Assembly (NCBI GenBank): GCA_964016885.1
Contig: OZ024743.1
Coordinates: 13,702,001-13,766,000 of the forward strand
Length of the DNA: 64,000 nt
Reading direction: 5' to 3'
Origin: Eledone cirrhosa
Lineage: Eukaryota
Made by a program: the position numbers and the translations under genes. Positions 1 through 12,447 of this stretch are shown here, piece after piece (the stretch's first letter is position 1; each line of letters opens with the position of its first letter). Under the pieces are notes generated by a model. The model was not told the origin of the DNA. It saw only the letters and a list, made by a program, of their open reading frames with translations, and did not search any database.

Positions 1-2948
1 GTGGGAGCATGTCCCAGTAGAGCGGGGTGCAACAGCCTCAAAACTTTAATCGGCCAATTCCAACTGGCCGATAGGTATCGACTGGATTTCCCGACTGCAC
101 CACAGTGGACGTGGGTAAACCGCAGTGGGACATCTAGATCGTATTTAGATAGGTTCTTCATTAGAGAAAGGGACAAGGATATGTTAAGCTGTCCACGAAT
201 GCACATGGTTGCCTATTCAGATCACAAGTTAGTCGTCTGCTTAGTCAACCGTGATAGAATACATAGACAGGGTCCCGGATACTGGAAGCTGAACGTGTCG
301 TTGCCGGTACGTACAGCTTACAGTGAACGGATAAGTAAACTAGTCAAGCAACAGTTAACGGGAGCCATCGTCAACAATAGATGGTGGTACTCTCTCAAGA
401 AAGCAATTAGAATAGAATCAATAGGGTATAGCAGAGAGTTAGCCTTAGAGAAAAACAGAATAGAAAGAGAACTAGTAGCCAAGGTAGAGGAGGCACTTAG
501 AAGTGGCAACGCGGCTAGAGTGTTAGCGTCGAGAACGGCACTGGACCAGTTCTTCGATGCGAAACACGAAGGCTGCGTGGTCAGAAGCAAAACACGTGCT
601 CTAGGAAACGAAGGAGCGAAAGCTGTCAGCTGGGCCCGAGTGGCGGAGGCAAAAAGTGGCAACAAGTCCACGATTCGGTCTTTGAAAGACCAAAACGGAC
701 GCGTGCTACTTGACCCCAAGCAAATGTGCGCGGCCTTTCAGCGGCACTTTGCGCGACTGTTTGAGCAGAACGACGGTGAGCCGAACGGGGCAATGGACTT
801 TAGTTTATACCTCGACGGCCTGCCGCGTCTCTCGAACACGGACGCCGAGTTCTGCGAAAGACCGATCACGGACACTGAGATACGGGACGCTCTGGGCCGC
901 TGCGGGAAACGCAAGTCACCCGGTCTAGATGGTCTACCCTACGAATTTTACATAGGCATGCCGGACTTGTTCTCTGGCGTCCTCGAAGCCGTCTACTGCA
1001 ATTGGCAGCAGAACGGGAGAATTCCCAGTTCTGCAGGCAAGGGCGTAGTAACGCTGATCAGGAAAGACGAGAACAAGGGGGACGAAATTAACAACTTCAG
1101 GCCCATAACTCTGCTCAACACAGAGTTAAAGATTTTGGCCAAGGTGCTAGCGACGAGGTTGGCGCTTGTCGTCGAGAACCTGGTAGGGAAAGCGCAAACG
1201 TGTGCAATCCCGACCAGGTCCATACACGACAACCTCCACCTCATGCGATACATCATAGAGAGGGTGGGTAGTAAACCCGGCTTCGGTGGGGCTCTGATCA
1301 ACTTGGATCAGTCTAAGGCATTCGATAGGGTCGACCATCGATACTTGGAAGCGGTTCTCAAGGCGGCCGGTTTCGGTCTCGTGTTCAGAGGATGGATCGA
1401 GGCGATGCACACCAGCATCTGCTCGAGGGTCAAGGTGAACGGCTACCTATCGGAGCCGTTCGCAATCACGCGTTCCATTCGACAGGGATGCCCTCTCTCC
1501 TCCATTCTGTATGTATTGACTCTAGAGCCACTACTGCGGAAATTGGAGCTGTTGCAGGGCATCCCCCTAGAACCGGGACTGCGCAAAGCGGCGTCGGCTT
1601 ATGCCGACGACGTGACAGTAATGGTGTCGAGCACCTCGGAAATCGGGGTGATCGGCAACATACTGAAAGAATACGAAACGCTGACGGGAGCAAAACTAAA
1701 CCCAGACAAGTCTGTCGGTTTGCAACTCGGTACGTGGAGAGGCAAACCGATGACATCCGACAGCGTCGTTGGACGCTGGACGGACGGACCGGGGAAATTG
1801 CTCGGGGTCTGGTTCGGTCCAGACCTCCAGGTGGAGAAAAACTGGAAGGAGGTCACGGCCAAGGTGTTTGCACTCACTCAGAAGTGGGCAGAGTGCAAAC
1901 TGTCCTTGAAAGGTCGAGCGGAGGTGGCGAACACTTTCATAGCGTCCGTCATCTACTACCGCTTGACTGTCGTGCCTTGTCCCCGTGAACACCTCGCCAA
2001 GATGGAACGCATGCTCTTCCAGTTTCTGTGGAAGAAGCAGGCTCCGCTGGTGAGGAGATCCGTCTGCTGTCAGCACCCTTCCAACGGAGGGCTGGGAATG
2101 CCGTGGCTGATGATGCGCAAACATGCGCTGAGGCTGCGGTATCTCCAGGTATTCCTCACCGACCCCCAACCGGTGTGGGCACCGTTTGTGAGACAGGCTT
2201 TCCCACAGCTCGTCTCGCTAACGGAGCTGCAGTCCTGGGTGAATGCGCTCAGGCGCTCACAGTCCTCTGGCAAGCGGGCGCAGCAATCAGTGGAGACTCC
2301 ACTTCGACATTCTATAGAGGGATTGTACGTTACAAGGGCGACGACGTGCTCGGAGAGACTCTGGGCGTCGAAGACGATGAGCTCACCAGTATGTTTGGTA
2401 GGACTTTCCGCCCGGGACCTATGGACAACTTACAGAGGTCCCTGGCCTGGCAGTGCTACCGAGGAGCTCTACCGGCTCGTGACAAGATCTACAGGCACGG
2501 ACGCCCTGGCAGGGATCCTTCCAAGAGGACGTGTCCAAGATGTGCGCAGGACATTGAAACAGTTCTGCACGCAATTGTACACTGCCTGGGCGTAAGCGAC
2601 CTGTGGAACTATGCAGAACAACTGCTGTCGCGTATGGGACAAATACAGTTGACTGCCGAGTCCATAGTAAGGATCAAACCACCAGACTCTTTCAAAAACG
2701 AAAGAGAGGCGGTTTTCCTCTGTACGGTGGCTATGGTGAAAGAAGTTATATGGTGGACGAGGTTGAGAGGACTGAGGACAGATGCCTTTCTCTCCGGACA
2801 ACAATTGATTCCATTCTTTAAGTATCACTTTAGAAGGAGAATCAGGGTGGAGAGAGAGGCACTGCACCCCAGTAAATTTACTGAAAGGTGGGTGAATGAA
2901 GCGAAAATGGCCCGAGTGATTGGGCCTTCTCTGTTTATAAGCCTGTAG
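1..2948 (+). pseudogene. Tx1 ORF2 (APE-RT-zinc finger), frameshifted near 2240
   Basis: ORF 1..2595 continues in another frame as ORF 2028..2948. Relative to the family B copies, a ~34 bp stretch after QSWV is missing. Confidence 0.9.
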
Positions 2949-3181
2949 GTTGAGGAAGAGAGCAAAAGGAAGAAGGGAGCACTTGCACAACACGCTCCTT
3001 GAGTTGAGGGTTGTTCTATCGACGGGGTATTAAACAACCCATTTGTGGCGCCTCCCCCCTATTGGGGATTTCGATTGTTGAAATTGTTTGTTTTTATATT
3101 TTTTACACGACTGTATGTAAAATCCCCGGCATGTCTTTGTATTGTCCCCTTTCTTGTTGCGCCCTTGTGGCTAATAAAGAA

Positions 3182-3184
<3 letters not shown>
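1..3184 (+). mobile_element. Tx1-clade (L1 superfamily) non-LTR retrotransposon, family A; 5' part lies outside the window
   Basis: APE C-terminal motifs (SYLDRFF, YSDHK), PGYWKLN, RT motifs (KSPGLDGLP, FRPITLLN, LDQSKAFDRVDH, IRQGCPLS, AYADD), C-terminal CPRC..HAIVHC zinc finger, 3' UTR with AATAAA at 3173-3178 followed by (TATC)n. Confidence 0.93.
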
Positions 3185-3267
<83 letters not shown>

Positions 3268-3290
3268 ATATATATCCATCTATCTATCTA
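3182..3290. repeat. (TATC)n/(GATA)n microsatellite at the Tx1-A 3' end
   Basis: Direct reading. Confidence 0.97.
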
Positions 3291-3481
3291 CATATGCATC
3301 ATTATGTTATGATATTTATGAATGGTTATAAATGCGCATTCCCGTTAGTAATTGATGATGCAATAAATTAAAGCGCTCGACGTTATGCAAATCATTCATC
3401 ATAGATGTGCTATGGCATGGATGGTTATTTATAAACTACAGAAGGCCAGAGAGGAAACAGGCTTTAAAGTTTTAATTTGCC

Positions 3482-3858
3482 GAAAACACAATAGGTATTT
3501 CAATCGTCAGGTTTGATCATCCGATCAGGATGCAAGACGTAAGTGATTTCATCAGGTGTTGATTGCAATATTAATTATATAAGATAACGGTATTGCGACG
3601 AAGATAAACAGAAAACAGGATTGATTTGTTTCAGGGATGGCTCACCATTCGTTGTTAATATAACGGCAAACCATCACCGTTACAATAACAACGAATTGGA
3701 CAGCGATCAACGAAACGAATTTATCCTCTATTCTTTGTTTGTGTTTGCTGTAATCTAATATAACTAATTTTGCAATCAACGTCTGATGATATCGCCTAAG
3801 TCTTGTATCATGATCGGCTGATCAAACTGGATGCCATTGAAATACGTATATTGCTTTC
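3482..3858. repeat. Diverged inverted repeat (~110 bp arms, about 3482-3590 and 3747-3858), each arm carrying a hammerhead-like core
   Basis: The reverse complement of the right arm aligns to the left arm (gtttgatca.ccgatca.gat.caagac..ttgattgca). Confidence 0.75.
3485..3560 (-). ncRNA. Type I hammerhead ribozyme (candidate, intact core)
   Basis: Minus strand reads AACAC-CUGAUGA-AAUC...GAUU-GAAA-UACCUA-UU-GUGUU, giving a 5 bp stem I, 4 bp stem II, short stem III and an AUU triplet. Confidence 0.7.
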
Positions 3859-3959
3859 ACAAAATCAAAATTTAAAAAAAATGTTTACAGTCAGAGCTTC
3901 TGATATTTTAAAATGAGGGTACATATATATTTTATTTTTCATTTTTAACCACATATTCA

Positions 3960-4470
3960 TGAGGGGTTCATGAGAGCAAAGTTCCCAAGCACGGCGTCCA
4001 GTGGGTCCTTTTAGAAGCATCCGACTCCAACTGATCCGGCTGGATCTCCAAGCAAGACCAGCCAAACTCATGGATGCTATATAACCATCTTGTTTGGGGT
4101 CTACCCGTTGATCTGCTGCCGGTTGGTTTTGTCCATAAAATATGTCCAGCGGTTCTTTTCTAAGATATTCTAACCTCATGTACATAGTATCGGAGCTGTG
4201 ATCGTTCAATTCGGAGATATAGTTATTCTACCTGGAGTGATTCGCTGATCTCCGAGCTACGCCCTCTCTTGAATAATGTTACTACAAAGACCCTTGTATT
4301 CACAATAGTATTCCATCCGTCATTTCCCAAGCTTTATGACCATAGATTAGGGTTTGCAGGAATAGTGAATTTAAGTTATCGAGTTTTGTTGTTATACGAA
4401 CCAGCCTTCTGATTACTGAATGCTGAAACTGGTGCATTAATACACCAGCTCCAGCAATTCTTGTGTTTTG
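3960..4470 (-). mobile_element. Decayed RTE-clade LINE 3' fragment
   Basis: Minus-strand translations RIAGAGVLMHQ..TLIYGHKAWEMT and GRPQTRWLYSI..GWSCLEI resemble RTE post-RT motifs. Confidence 0.7.
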
Positions 4471-4870
4471 TACGTATATAAAATACATAATATTATTATT
4501 ATATAACTGCTCCAAATTCTTAATTTGTTGAGCAGCTCATACTGTGACCAATAATTCACGCCTCTTTCTAGCGGATACCAAGTCCAGTCGAATTTATATC
4601 CGGCGCCACTGTTAAAAGGTTCTCACAGCATGTTGTCTATGTTTTGGTCTATATTTCGGATCCCGGGAGATATAAAAGTATTTTGTACTCTATACTCTAT
4701 TGGAACTTACCCAAAGACGAATTCTCTGACGATTCTCTGATAGTACCATAAGGAAAGAAGAATTTTTCCATCATAAAGTGCGTATTTTTCATAAATATTA
4801 TGTGCTTTATATGTGGACAAAATATTATGTATTTTTCAAACGATAGTTCTTTCTCTCTCTGTACATATAT

Positions 4871-4949
<79 letters not shown>

Positions 4950-5037
4950 GTAAGACCCTCTTCCTGCTATATCAAGCGTTAACCTAATATATACCTTCCA
5001 TTTGTACCGATTGTGTTGTGTGTTCTGTTTACCTTTT

Positions 5038-5116
<79 letters not shown>

Positions 5117-5141
5117 TATCTGTGATATATATATATATATG

Positions 5142-5186
<45 letters not shown>

Positions 5187-5680
5187 AATTCTTTCAATTA
5201 GAATGTCTAGTTTTTATTTCTCTATATCTTCTGAGTCCCATAAACACCATTGTAAATTTGCTTTAAATTCTATGATTTCTGATCCGTCAAAAAGATTGAT
5301 ACACTTGAACAAGTTTGTAGAGTATGAATTATTTATTTCTCAACTCTGTCGTACTATATTAGTAGTTGTGGTATAAAAGTGCGATAAATTTCAGCTGATA
5401 TTCTAAAATGTATTTGTATACTTTAGGGATATAGCTCTGAATGTTTATATAATTCCTCACTTTCTTCTTTTATATAGTTTACATTTCTATAAAGATCCCC
5501 TGTTCTCTTAATGTTTATAAAATAGAACAATATTTCTTCACTTACGTCTTTAATTTAATAATGATACGCTTTCCTTTCTATCATATTCCATTTCTTTTGC
5601 TACGTTCTTGCTTTCTTAAATCTGATTTTCTCCCTCAATATCCCGCTATCTCTCTCTCTTACTCTCTCTCTTACCCTCTC

Positions 5681-5726
<46 letters not shown>

Positions 5727-5818
5727 TCTTTCTCTCTTTATCTTACTGTTTCTCTCACTCTCTGTTTTTAAATTTCATTTTCTCCTCTTCCCCTTGCTTT
5801 TATTATTATTTCAGTTTA

Positions 5819-6012
5819 GCGGTGGATTGGCAGTATCGGTAGAGGGTCGGACGCCATGCTTTGACACATAGAGTTACGTCCCTTGCCATACTGAGTTCAA
5901 ATCCCGCCGAGGTTAACTTTGCCTTTCATCCTCACGGGGTCGATGAAATAAAGTACCAGTAATGCACTGGGTAATTGCTGGCCTTGTGCCTAAAGTAGAA
6001 ACAATTATTATT
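5819..6012 (+). mobile_element. tRNA-derived SINE with a Nin/Deu-like central domain and (TTA) tail
   Basis: A-box-like TGGCAGTATCGG (5828), B box GTTCAAATCC (5895), central GCCTTTCATCCTCACGGGGTCGATGAAATAAAGTACCAG, TTA repeats on both sides. Confidence 0.82.
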
Positions 6013-6019
6013 TCATTTT

Positions 6020-6590
6020 AGGGTGGTGGATTGGAAGTATCTGTAGAGCATCGGGTAATGTCGGGTAACATCGGGCCCTTTACGTTATGAATTTAAATGA
6101 CGCCGACGGTATGTTTACCTTTTATTCATACAGGGTAATTCTCTAAAGCACCATTAACACACTGGACTCGATTTAATCGAGGTTCCCCATCGCTTCAAAA
6201 CACATGCTTTCTACCATAAGTAGAAACACTTATTTCTTCACTCTCACGTGCGGTGGATTTGTAATATCTGTAGACCTTCGGTTAACGTGCTGTGCGGTGT
6301 ATATTTATAACCCTTTACGTTCTGATTTTATATCCTTTCCATATCAACTATGCGTTTCATCATTACATAATCGATAGAATATAGTAAGCTTAAGTCACTA
6401 GGATCCACTTAATCATCTTTCTCTTTCCCTTTGAATAGCTTACCTAGCAACAAAAGTATTAATATTTAGTTATAAGGCAGAGTGTTGACAATACAGGAAT
6501 ACATTTATTGCTTTGATTTAAAATCCAGCGGAGATAAACTGTGCCACGTGTTTGATTACATACAGTACCGGTTCATTTGGGGGAGGACGG
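6020..6590 (+). mobile_element. Two to three further decayed head-to-tail copies of the same SINE
   Basis: Recurrent ggtggatt..tatctgtaga heads (6023, 6252), ccctttacgtt.tga and aagtagaaac tail motifs. Confidence 0.6.
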
Positions 6591-7031
6591 GTGGGGAGGG
6601 AATATAATCAGCATTTCCCATCTCCCCAATGTAGTATTATATTACTTGATTTTCCTTTGACTATTCTAACATATACATATGTATGTATGTATATACATAA
6701 TGACAAAGAGAGGCGGGGATGTGAGAGAAAAAGTGAGAAAGAGGAAGGAATATAGACAGACAAGAAAATACATATATATTTTCAATCACATATTTATTTA
6801 TTTGTTTGACCCGAATTACTTGGTCGTTTCTATGGCTATGCGGATGACGGTTTAACCATCGTCTCAGTGTGTTTGGCCTTTAACGTATGTTGTAGCTCTG
6901 GTTCGTCAGAATTATTGAGCGCTTGCCACACATCTCGGAAGTTGTTTTTCGCTAATTCCAAAGCCGAAATACGATTCTCGCTAATTTATATTTATATATA
7001 TATACATTGTATATTCACCTATATGTATGTA

Positions 7032-7104
<73 letters not shown>

Positions 7105-7144
7105 GATATTAAACAAATGGAAACTATATTTATAAAACCATATT

Positions 7145-7210
7145 TATTTCATTATACATATTTCGGGGATACCATATTACAAATATGGCATGCCTTCGTC
7201 AGATAAAATA
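7145..7210 (-). ncRNA. Type I hammerhead ribozyme (mirror copy)
   Basis: Reverse complement of the motif at 7372-7437. Confidence 0.75.
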
Positions 7211-7371
7211 CAATATATAAACAGTTTTATAAATAATTTTGACGTACCATAAATATGAGCGACCATTATGTAGTTCCTACATAATGTAGTCCCTACATAA
7301 TGTAGTTAATACATAATGGTCGCTGATATTTATGGTACGTCAAAATTATTTATAAAACTGTTTATATATTG

Positions 7372-7437
7372 TATTTTATCTGACGAAGGCATGCCATATT
7401 TTTAATATGGTATCCCCGAAATATGTATAATGAAATA
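7372..7437 (+). ncRNA. Type I hammerhead ribozyme
   Basis: UAUUUUAU-CUGACGA-AGGC AUGCCAUAUU uuu AAUAUGGUAU CCCC-GAAA-UAUGUA-UA-AUGAAAUA, giving an 8 bp stem I, long stem II, quasi-palindromic stem III and an AUA triplet. Confidence 0.8.
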
Positions 7438-7565
7438 AATATGGTTTTATAAATATAGTTTCCATTTGTTTAATATCGTATATCTACTCGAAAAACTTGT
7501 CGAGTGCTTTATATCAGTTATAAAATATTTACTTGTTGTAACCCAACAATTTTAAATAAAACTTT

Positions 7566-7709
<144 letters not shown>

Positions 7710-7712
7710 TAG

Positions 7713-7762
<50 letters not shown>

Positions 7763-8170
7763 TGAGTATCCGCTGCTGTCAAGGAATTATTACATATCTG
7801 ATATCTAGTGCTGTTTCGATGACAATACTGAAAATTTCATCCAATTGCTAGAAATATTCTTTGAATTAATCAGAACTACATCAACGTAAATGAAATTCAA
7901 ATTCGAACGTTGTCCCTTTCGCCGACGCAAAAAGAATTAATGTAAAATATTAATAAGAGAACTGGACTAGCGAAATCATTACTTGTCATGGAAAAAATCA
8001 ATAATTGAATGGAAATGATTTCTTAACGAAGAACAGATACATTATGTATGAACGTGTGCGTACATACATATATATATGTGTGTGTATGTGTGTGTTAGTG
8101 CATATATATTCTATTAAACATATATATATACACACACACACACACAATATATATATATATATATATATAT

Positions 8171-8922
8171 TAATTGATTTTTTATATGGTTAATTATGCT
8201 GATTGGCAGAGGAAATGGTATATATTTTATTTATCTAATGATTCTATAGACATGATTTATGATATATTGCTCTGATTATTTAATTTATTAATTCTTCATA
8301 GAGCCACAAAGTGACCGGCTGCAACATATATAACTTTATGTATATGTAAACCTCTATATTTAATAATCTCCCGTTAGCTGGAGATACAATTTGGCGATAT
8401 TTGGTTGCGCTTTCTAGCAACAAGCCTACCCGCCGTAAGCAACCAATCACATTCTTTCGAACTTGACCACGGCCATAATGCGGTTCTTAGCCATTTTTGA
8501 ATCTAGTTTTGGCGCGATCACTTTGGGAAACTAAGTGTCTATTTTTGAGTTTGTCTCCTGATGAATCCGAACTCTGTGGATTTCCTATTAATAGGATATC
8601 TAAAAATACGGATGAAACCATGGCAGGGATATAGTTACGGTATGTACACATTTCTTCTTAGTTTGAATTTATACCTAATTGTGTATGGTTGAATGTATAT
8701 TTAGTCAGTTTCTACATGCTGTCGAAATGTTGGATAAACACCCTATTGGGGCCACCGCGAAGAGGCCACTTTCGGTTATTTGTCGGAGATTTCTTCATAG
8801 GAGCCTTTATCCTTATAGCTTGGTCTAATTGATTTTTTATATGGTTAATTATGCTGATTGCCAGAGGAAATGGTATATATTTTATTTATCTAATGATTCT
8901 ATAGACATGATTTATGATATAT
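8171..8922 (+). mobile_element. Non-coding terminally redundant element (655 bp unit plus 97 bp direct repeat) with an internal hammerhead; retrozyme-like
   Basis: 8171-8267 matches 8826-8922 with one mismatch; flanked by (TA)n; no long ORF. Confidence 0.75.
8553..8630 (+). ncRNA. Type I hammerhead ribozyme; triplet reads GCA instead of GUH
   Basis: GUCUC-CUGAUGA-AUCCG...CGGAU-GAAA-CCAUGG-CA-GGGAU, with palindromic stem III CCAUGG. Confidence 0.7.
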
Positions 8923-9391
8923 ATATATGTATATATATATTCTTGAATGTAATACATTTTCATAAAACCTATAAAGTGTAATATCATGCATAATACATAT
9001 CTATTTCCTACATTAATAGCTTACATTCATTAGGTGTCAAGACTTGACATCAGAAACACTAAAATATATGCACATAGTAATAACATTAAAATGCATATAA
9101 TTTCTTAATAAAAACTAAGTAAAAATGTCCGTGTCTTTTCGTTGCCACACAAGGCAGCAATATGAGAACGATGGATTATAGAGATGGAATCGATATTCAG
9201 CATACTGCTGAAATTCATGTTATGGACTACTGAACAATATTCCCGCAGAACCGAGACCGGATTGTAAACTTAAAATAGAACTAAATGCTAGAAGATATTT
9301 CTTCTGGTGACTACATAATTTCTGTATATATATATATATAATCGAAGAAAATGAAGAAATAGAAGCAGGCCGTTAAAATATAATTTATATG

Positions 9392-9436
9392 GAGCTCTTA
9401 CACATGTTACGCCCAAGTTGGGCTCGTCGGAGGCTC
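9392..9436 (-). ncRNA. Degenerate hammerhead-like motif
   Basis: GAGCCU-CCGACGA-GCCCA acu UGGGC-GUAA-CAUGUG-UA-AGAGCUC; two core substitutions. Confidence 0.4.
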
Positions 9437-11214
9437 AGAGGGAAGTAAAAGGTTTAATTGTGAACACTGTATGGGTACGAATAGAATGTTCACATCAAAA
9501 TTCATATCGAGTGTTACAGAGTTAGCTGCTTAGGTTTGTGTACAAAGGGGAGTAATTCCGGTGCTAATTTTGGAGTTCTCTGCTAATATTCAGTTCCACT
9601 ATTATAGAATATTCATTTACTCCGCTGGGTCGATATACTAAATGCTAATGTGATAATGATTAGTCACACCACTTTGCAGAGGCACAATTAAGGTATGAAT
9701 ATGAGTGCACGGTAATATAATGGTCGTTGAGACTTATGTACAGTCTAATTTAGTATGAGGTAGTATATTCGACAAAGGTACAAACGCCGGAATATATATA
9801 TATATATATGAAAGTTACGGGCGAAAGAGAAAAAGTTACGGGAGAGAGAGAAAAAAATGTAAACAGACACGAAGGGTGAAGCAACGTAGAGAGAGGAAAA
9901 ATATCAAGTCAACAACTCATTTCGAGCATAAGTTCTGGCGAGTTTGACCAGAGAAAAAAGACACGTCTTCACTGTAGCCGTGTGAGCGAGAGAAGAGACT
10001 GCCGATAGTGGCGGACAAGGGTGTAAGTGAGCTAGCGGAAAGAGGGTGACTACCAGTGAGGGGGTGAGTGAAAGTAAAAGGAAGCGAGAAAGAGATAATT
10101 ATAGTGGCAGGCTAGCCGAGATAAGGTGACTAGCAGAGGGGGTGAGCGAAAGTAAGTGGGGGAAGGAGATAGAACGGGGGTGAGAGAGGATAACAACAAT
10201 AAAATGGTGAGCTGTGTGGTTGCAATTAAGTATAATGAAAATAAAGTTACGGGCGAAAGAGGGTAATATCCATCGTCAGTTGTCTGTTAGGAATCATAGG
10301 TATCTCTTCGCGTTACAGACAAGATACCTCAGCCTATTTTCACCTCCTATTTGCACATAGGCAGTACAAGTCGAAAAGCATGAGTTAGTGCCTACACACT
10401 CAATAACTTGTTCGAGTCAGAGTTGTTTAATTACGATATCAAGAGGTAAAGACCATGCATGTCAATTTCAATAGATAACAAATGAAAACGAATATGTATG
10501 TATATAGTTTATTTATAGGTTATACAATTCAACGCATGTAGTAGAATATTTCGTTTCCTGTACTCGGATGTAATTTAGCTATGAATCATTATTTATTTGC
10601 GATGGTATTCAAACTCAGAACCTAACTAAATATCGCAGAATATTTTGCCTGTCAGCAGATTCTTTTCGATTCCATTAATTTAGGAACAAAATACTTATTA
10701 TAAAATGAAAAAAAAAAAACAATTCTTAGACGAAATATTGTTTTAACCAGAAGGATGCCATTCCATTATGTAAAATGCCAAATCAGTATGCGTAATGCAC
10801 AGCCAGGAGGCCTCCTCACTAATAGAAGCTATCGCTAGAATGACCTCTAAATATATTCCAGGGAAAATATAGAGGTTTATAGAGGAAATACTTTGGAAGA
10901 TAATCTAGAAAGTAACAGGTCCATTAGAATATAAAACAAATATTTCTTTTTACTAACTTTCAGCAGGCTGCAAATTTAAATTGAGGTATACCTAATGTTC
11001 GCACTATGACTGTTTTGATATAGAACAATTTCAGCATTAACGTTCTATTATTTGAAATTTGAAGAATTTAGTTAAATTCTACACGGCAATAAGTTTTTAC
11101 ACTACAATTAAGTTTTAGAAACCTGGTCTGCAATGTGAGGAAAAAGCCCTTGGTGAAGAGGTCAGCTACCAGATGTCTACATTTTTCGATGTTTTTTTTT
11201 TGTCAGCTGTCGAA

Positions 11215-11330
11215 GCGCAGGAAAGTTGAAGTATATGAAGCCTATGAACGTACATCGTTGCTATATGGATATGAGACATGGACAATATAATGTGGGCATA
11301 TCCAACGCCTCAAACATTTCCTGCAATCAT
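11215..11330 (+). mobile_element. Small decayed RTE-type LINE fragment
   Basis: Translates to ..VYEA..TSLLYGYETWTI*CGHIQRLKHF, similar to the LLYGxETW motif. Confidence 0.55.
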
Positions 11331-12405
11331 CTAAACGTACTATGTTACCTCATGACGGAGACACCCTTTCACGATCATGGTGTTGATTTTTGGTATATAA
11401 CACCACTGCATGAGATCCTGAAGATCTCATATACGGGATACTCATGTGATGCCGAGGTGCTATATACCAAACATCCAGACTATGATCATGAAAGGGTATC
11501 TCTGTTCATGAGGTAACATAATGCGTTTAGATGATTGCAGGCTCCAACAAGAAGTATTTGATGAATAACTATTTCAAGGAAAACACCTGCAGTACGAACC
11601 ACACAGCTATCCCTAAAACGTTTATTTTCACACATTATTCATTACCTCCAGACATATTAGACATATTCTGCTGCTATCTTTGGATATACCCTGGTAGGGT
11701 ATATGTTGACATTTTATATGATTGCATTCGTGTATTTTATTTACATAGTCATACATTTTAAACACATTACGGATATTCTTGTTTGATTTAAGATAACGAT
11801 GAACTCAAACTGTCTATCGGAATGTTCACAATTAGTATAGAGTCTTCACGTTTCTATTAAATTATGGTAGTTAGTTTGATGTGGTGTAATATAGGGGAGA
11901 GAATTTTAACATAGCATCAGTCTGTCCATGTTCTTGGGAGAAATTTGCACGAAGGAAATATGTCGCAATCCGTCAGACGAATGTTACCTCTAATTGAATG
12001 GGGAAACCTGTCCCCTATCACACATACGATGATTTCTTCAGAGTGCACATACACATTAGGTAAACTTCAATGACGTTCAGTTAAACGCACACTGGACACT
12101 TATCATTTTCTGTAATACAGCATCAAATTTGAGAATATCTTTTATATAGAATATTAGTGAATACATAAGTATACCTATTAGAAATTAAATAATGATGTAT
12201 ATCCTACTTCCAGCTTTCTCACATACATGCTAATACAGGCATTGTAATATATACGTATATACATTATAACGTTTACACAAACACGTTGTACTTTGCTTTT
12301 AGAGAAATCTATTCAGGAGAAATCTATTCAGGAACATTCTTACAAATACATTTTAAAAGATAAATTTACGAAGAGCAACTGCCATCAATATTTCGCTATA
12401 CTCAC

Positions 12406-12447
12406 CAAACAATGGAGATTTATTGAAGTCAATGCTCTAAACATGGC
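12406..12447 (-). other. Candidate 42 nt host exon (alternative acceptor would give 12406-12617)
   Basis: tgttttctag| acceptor, |gtgagt donor, open phase-0 frame AMFRALTSINLHCL, in apparently unique sequence. Confidence 0.25.

Noticed and set aside
5819-5910. Functional tRNA gene
   Set aside because: A and B boxes are present but no cloverleaf forms, and the sequence continues into a SINE body and tail.
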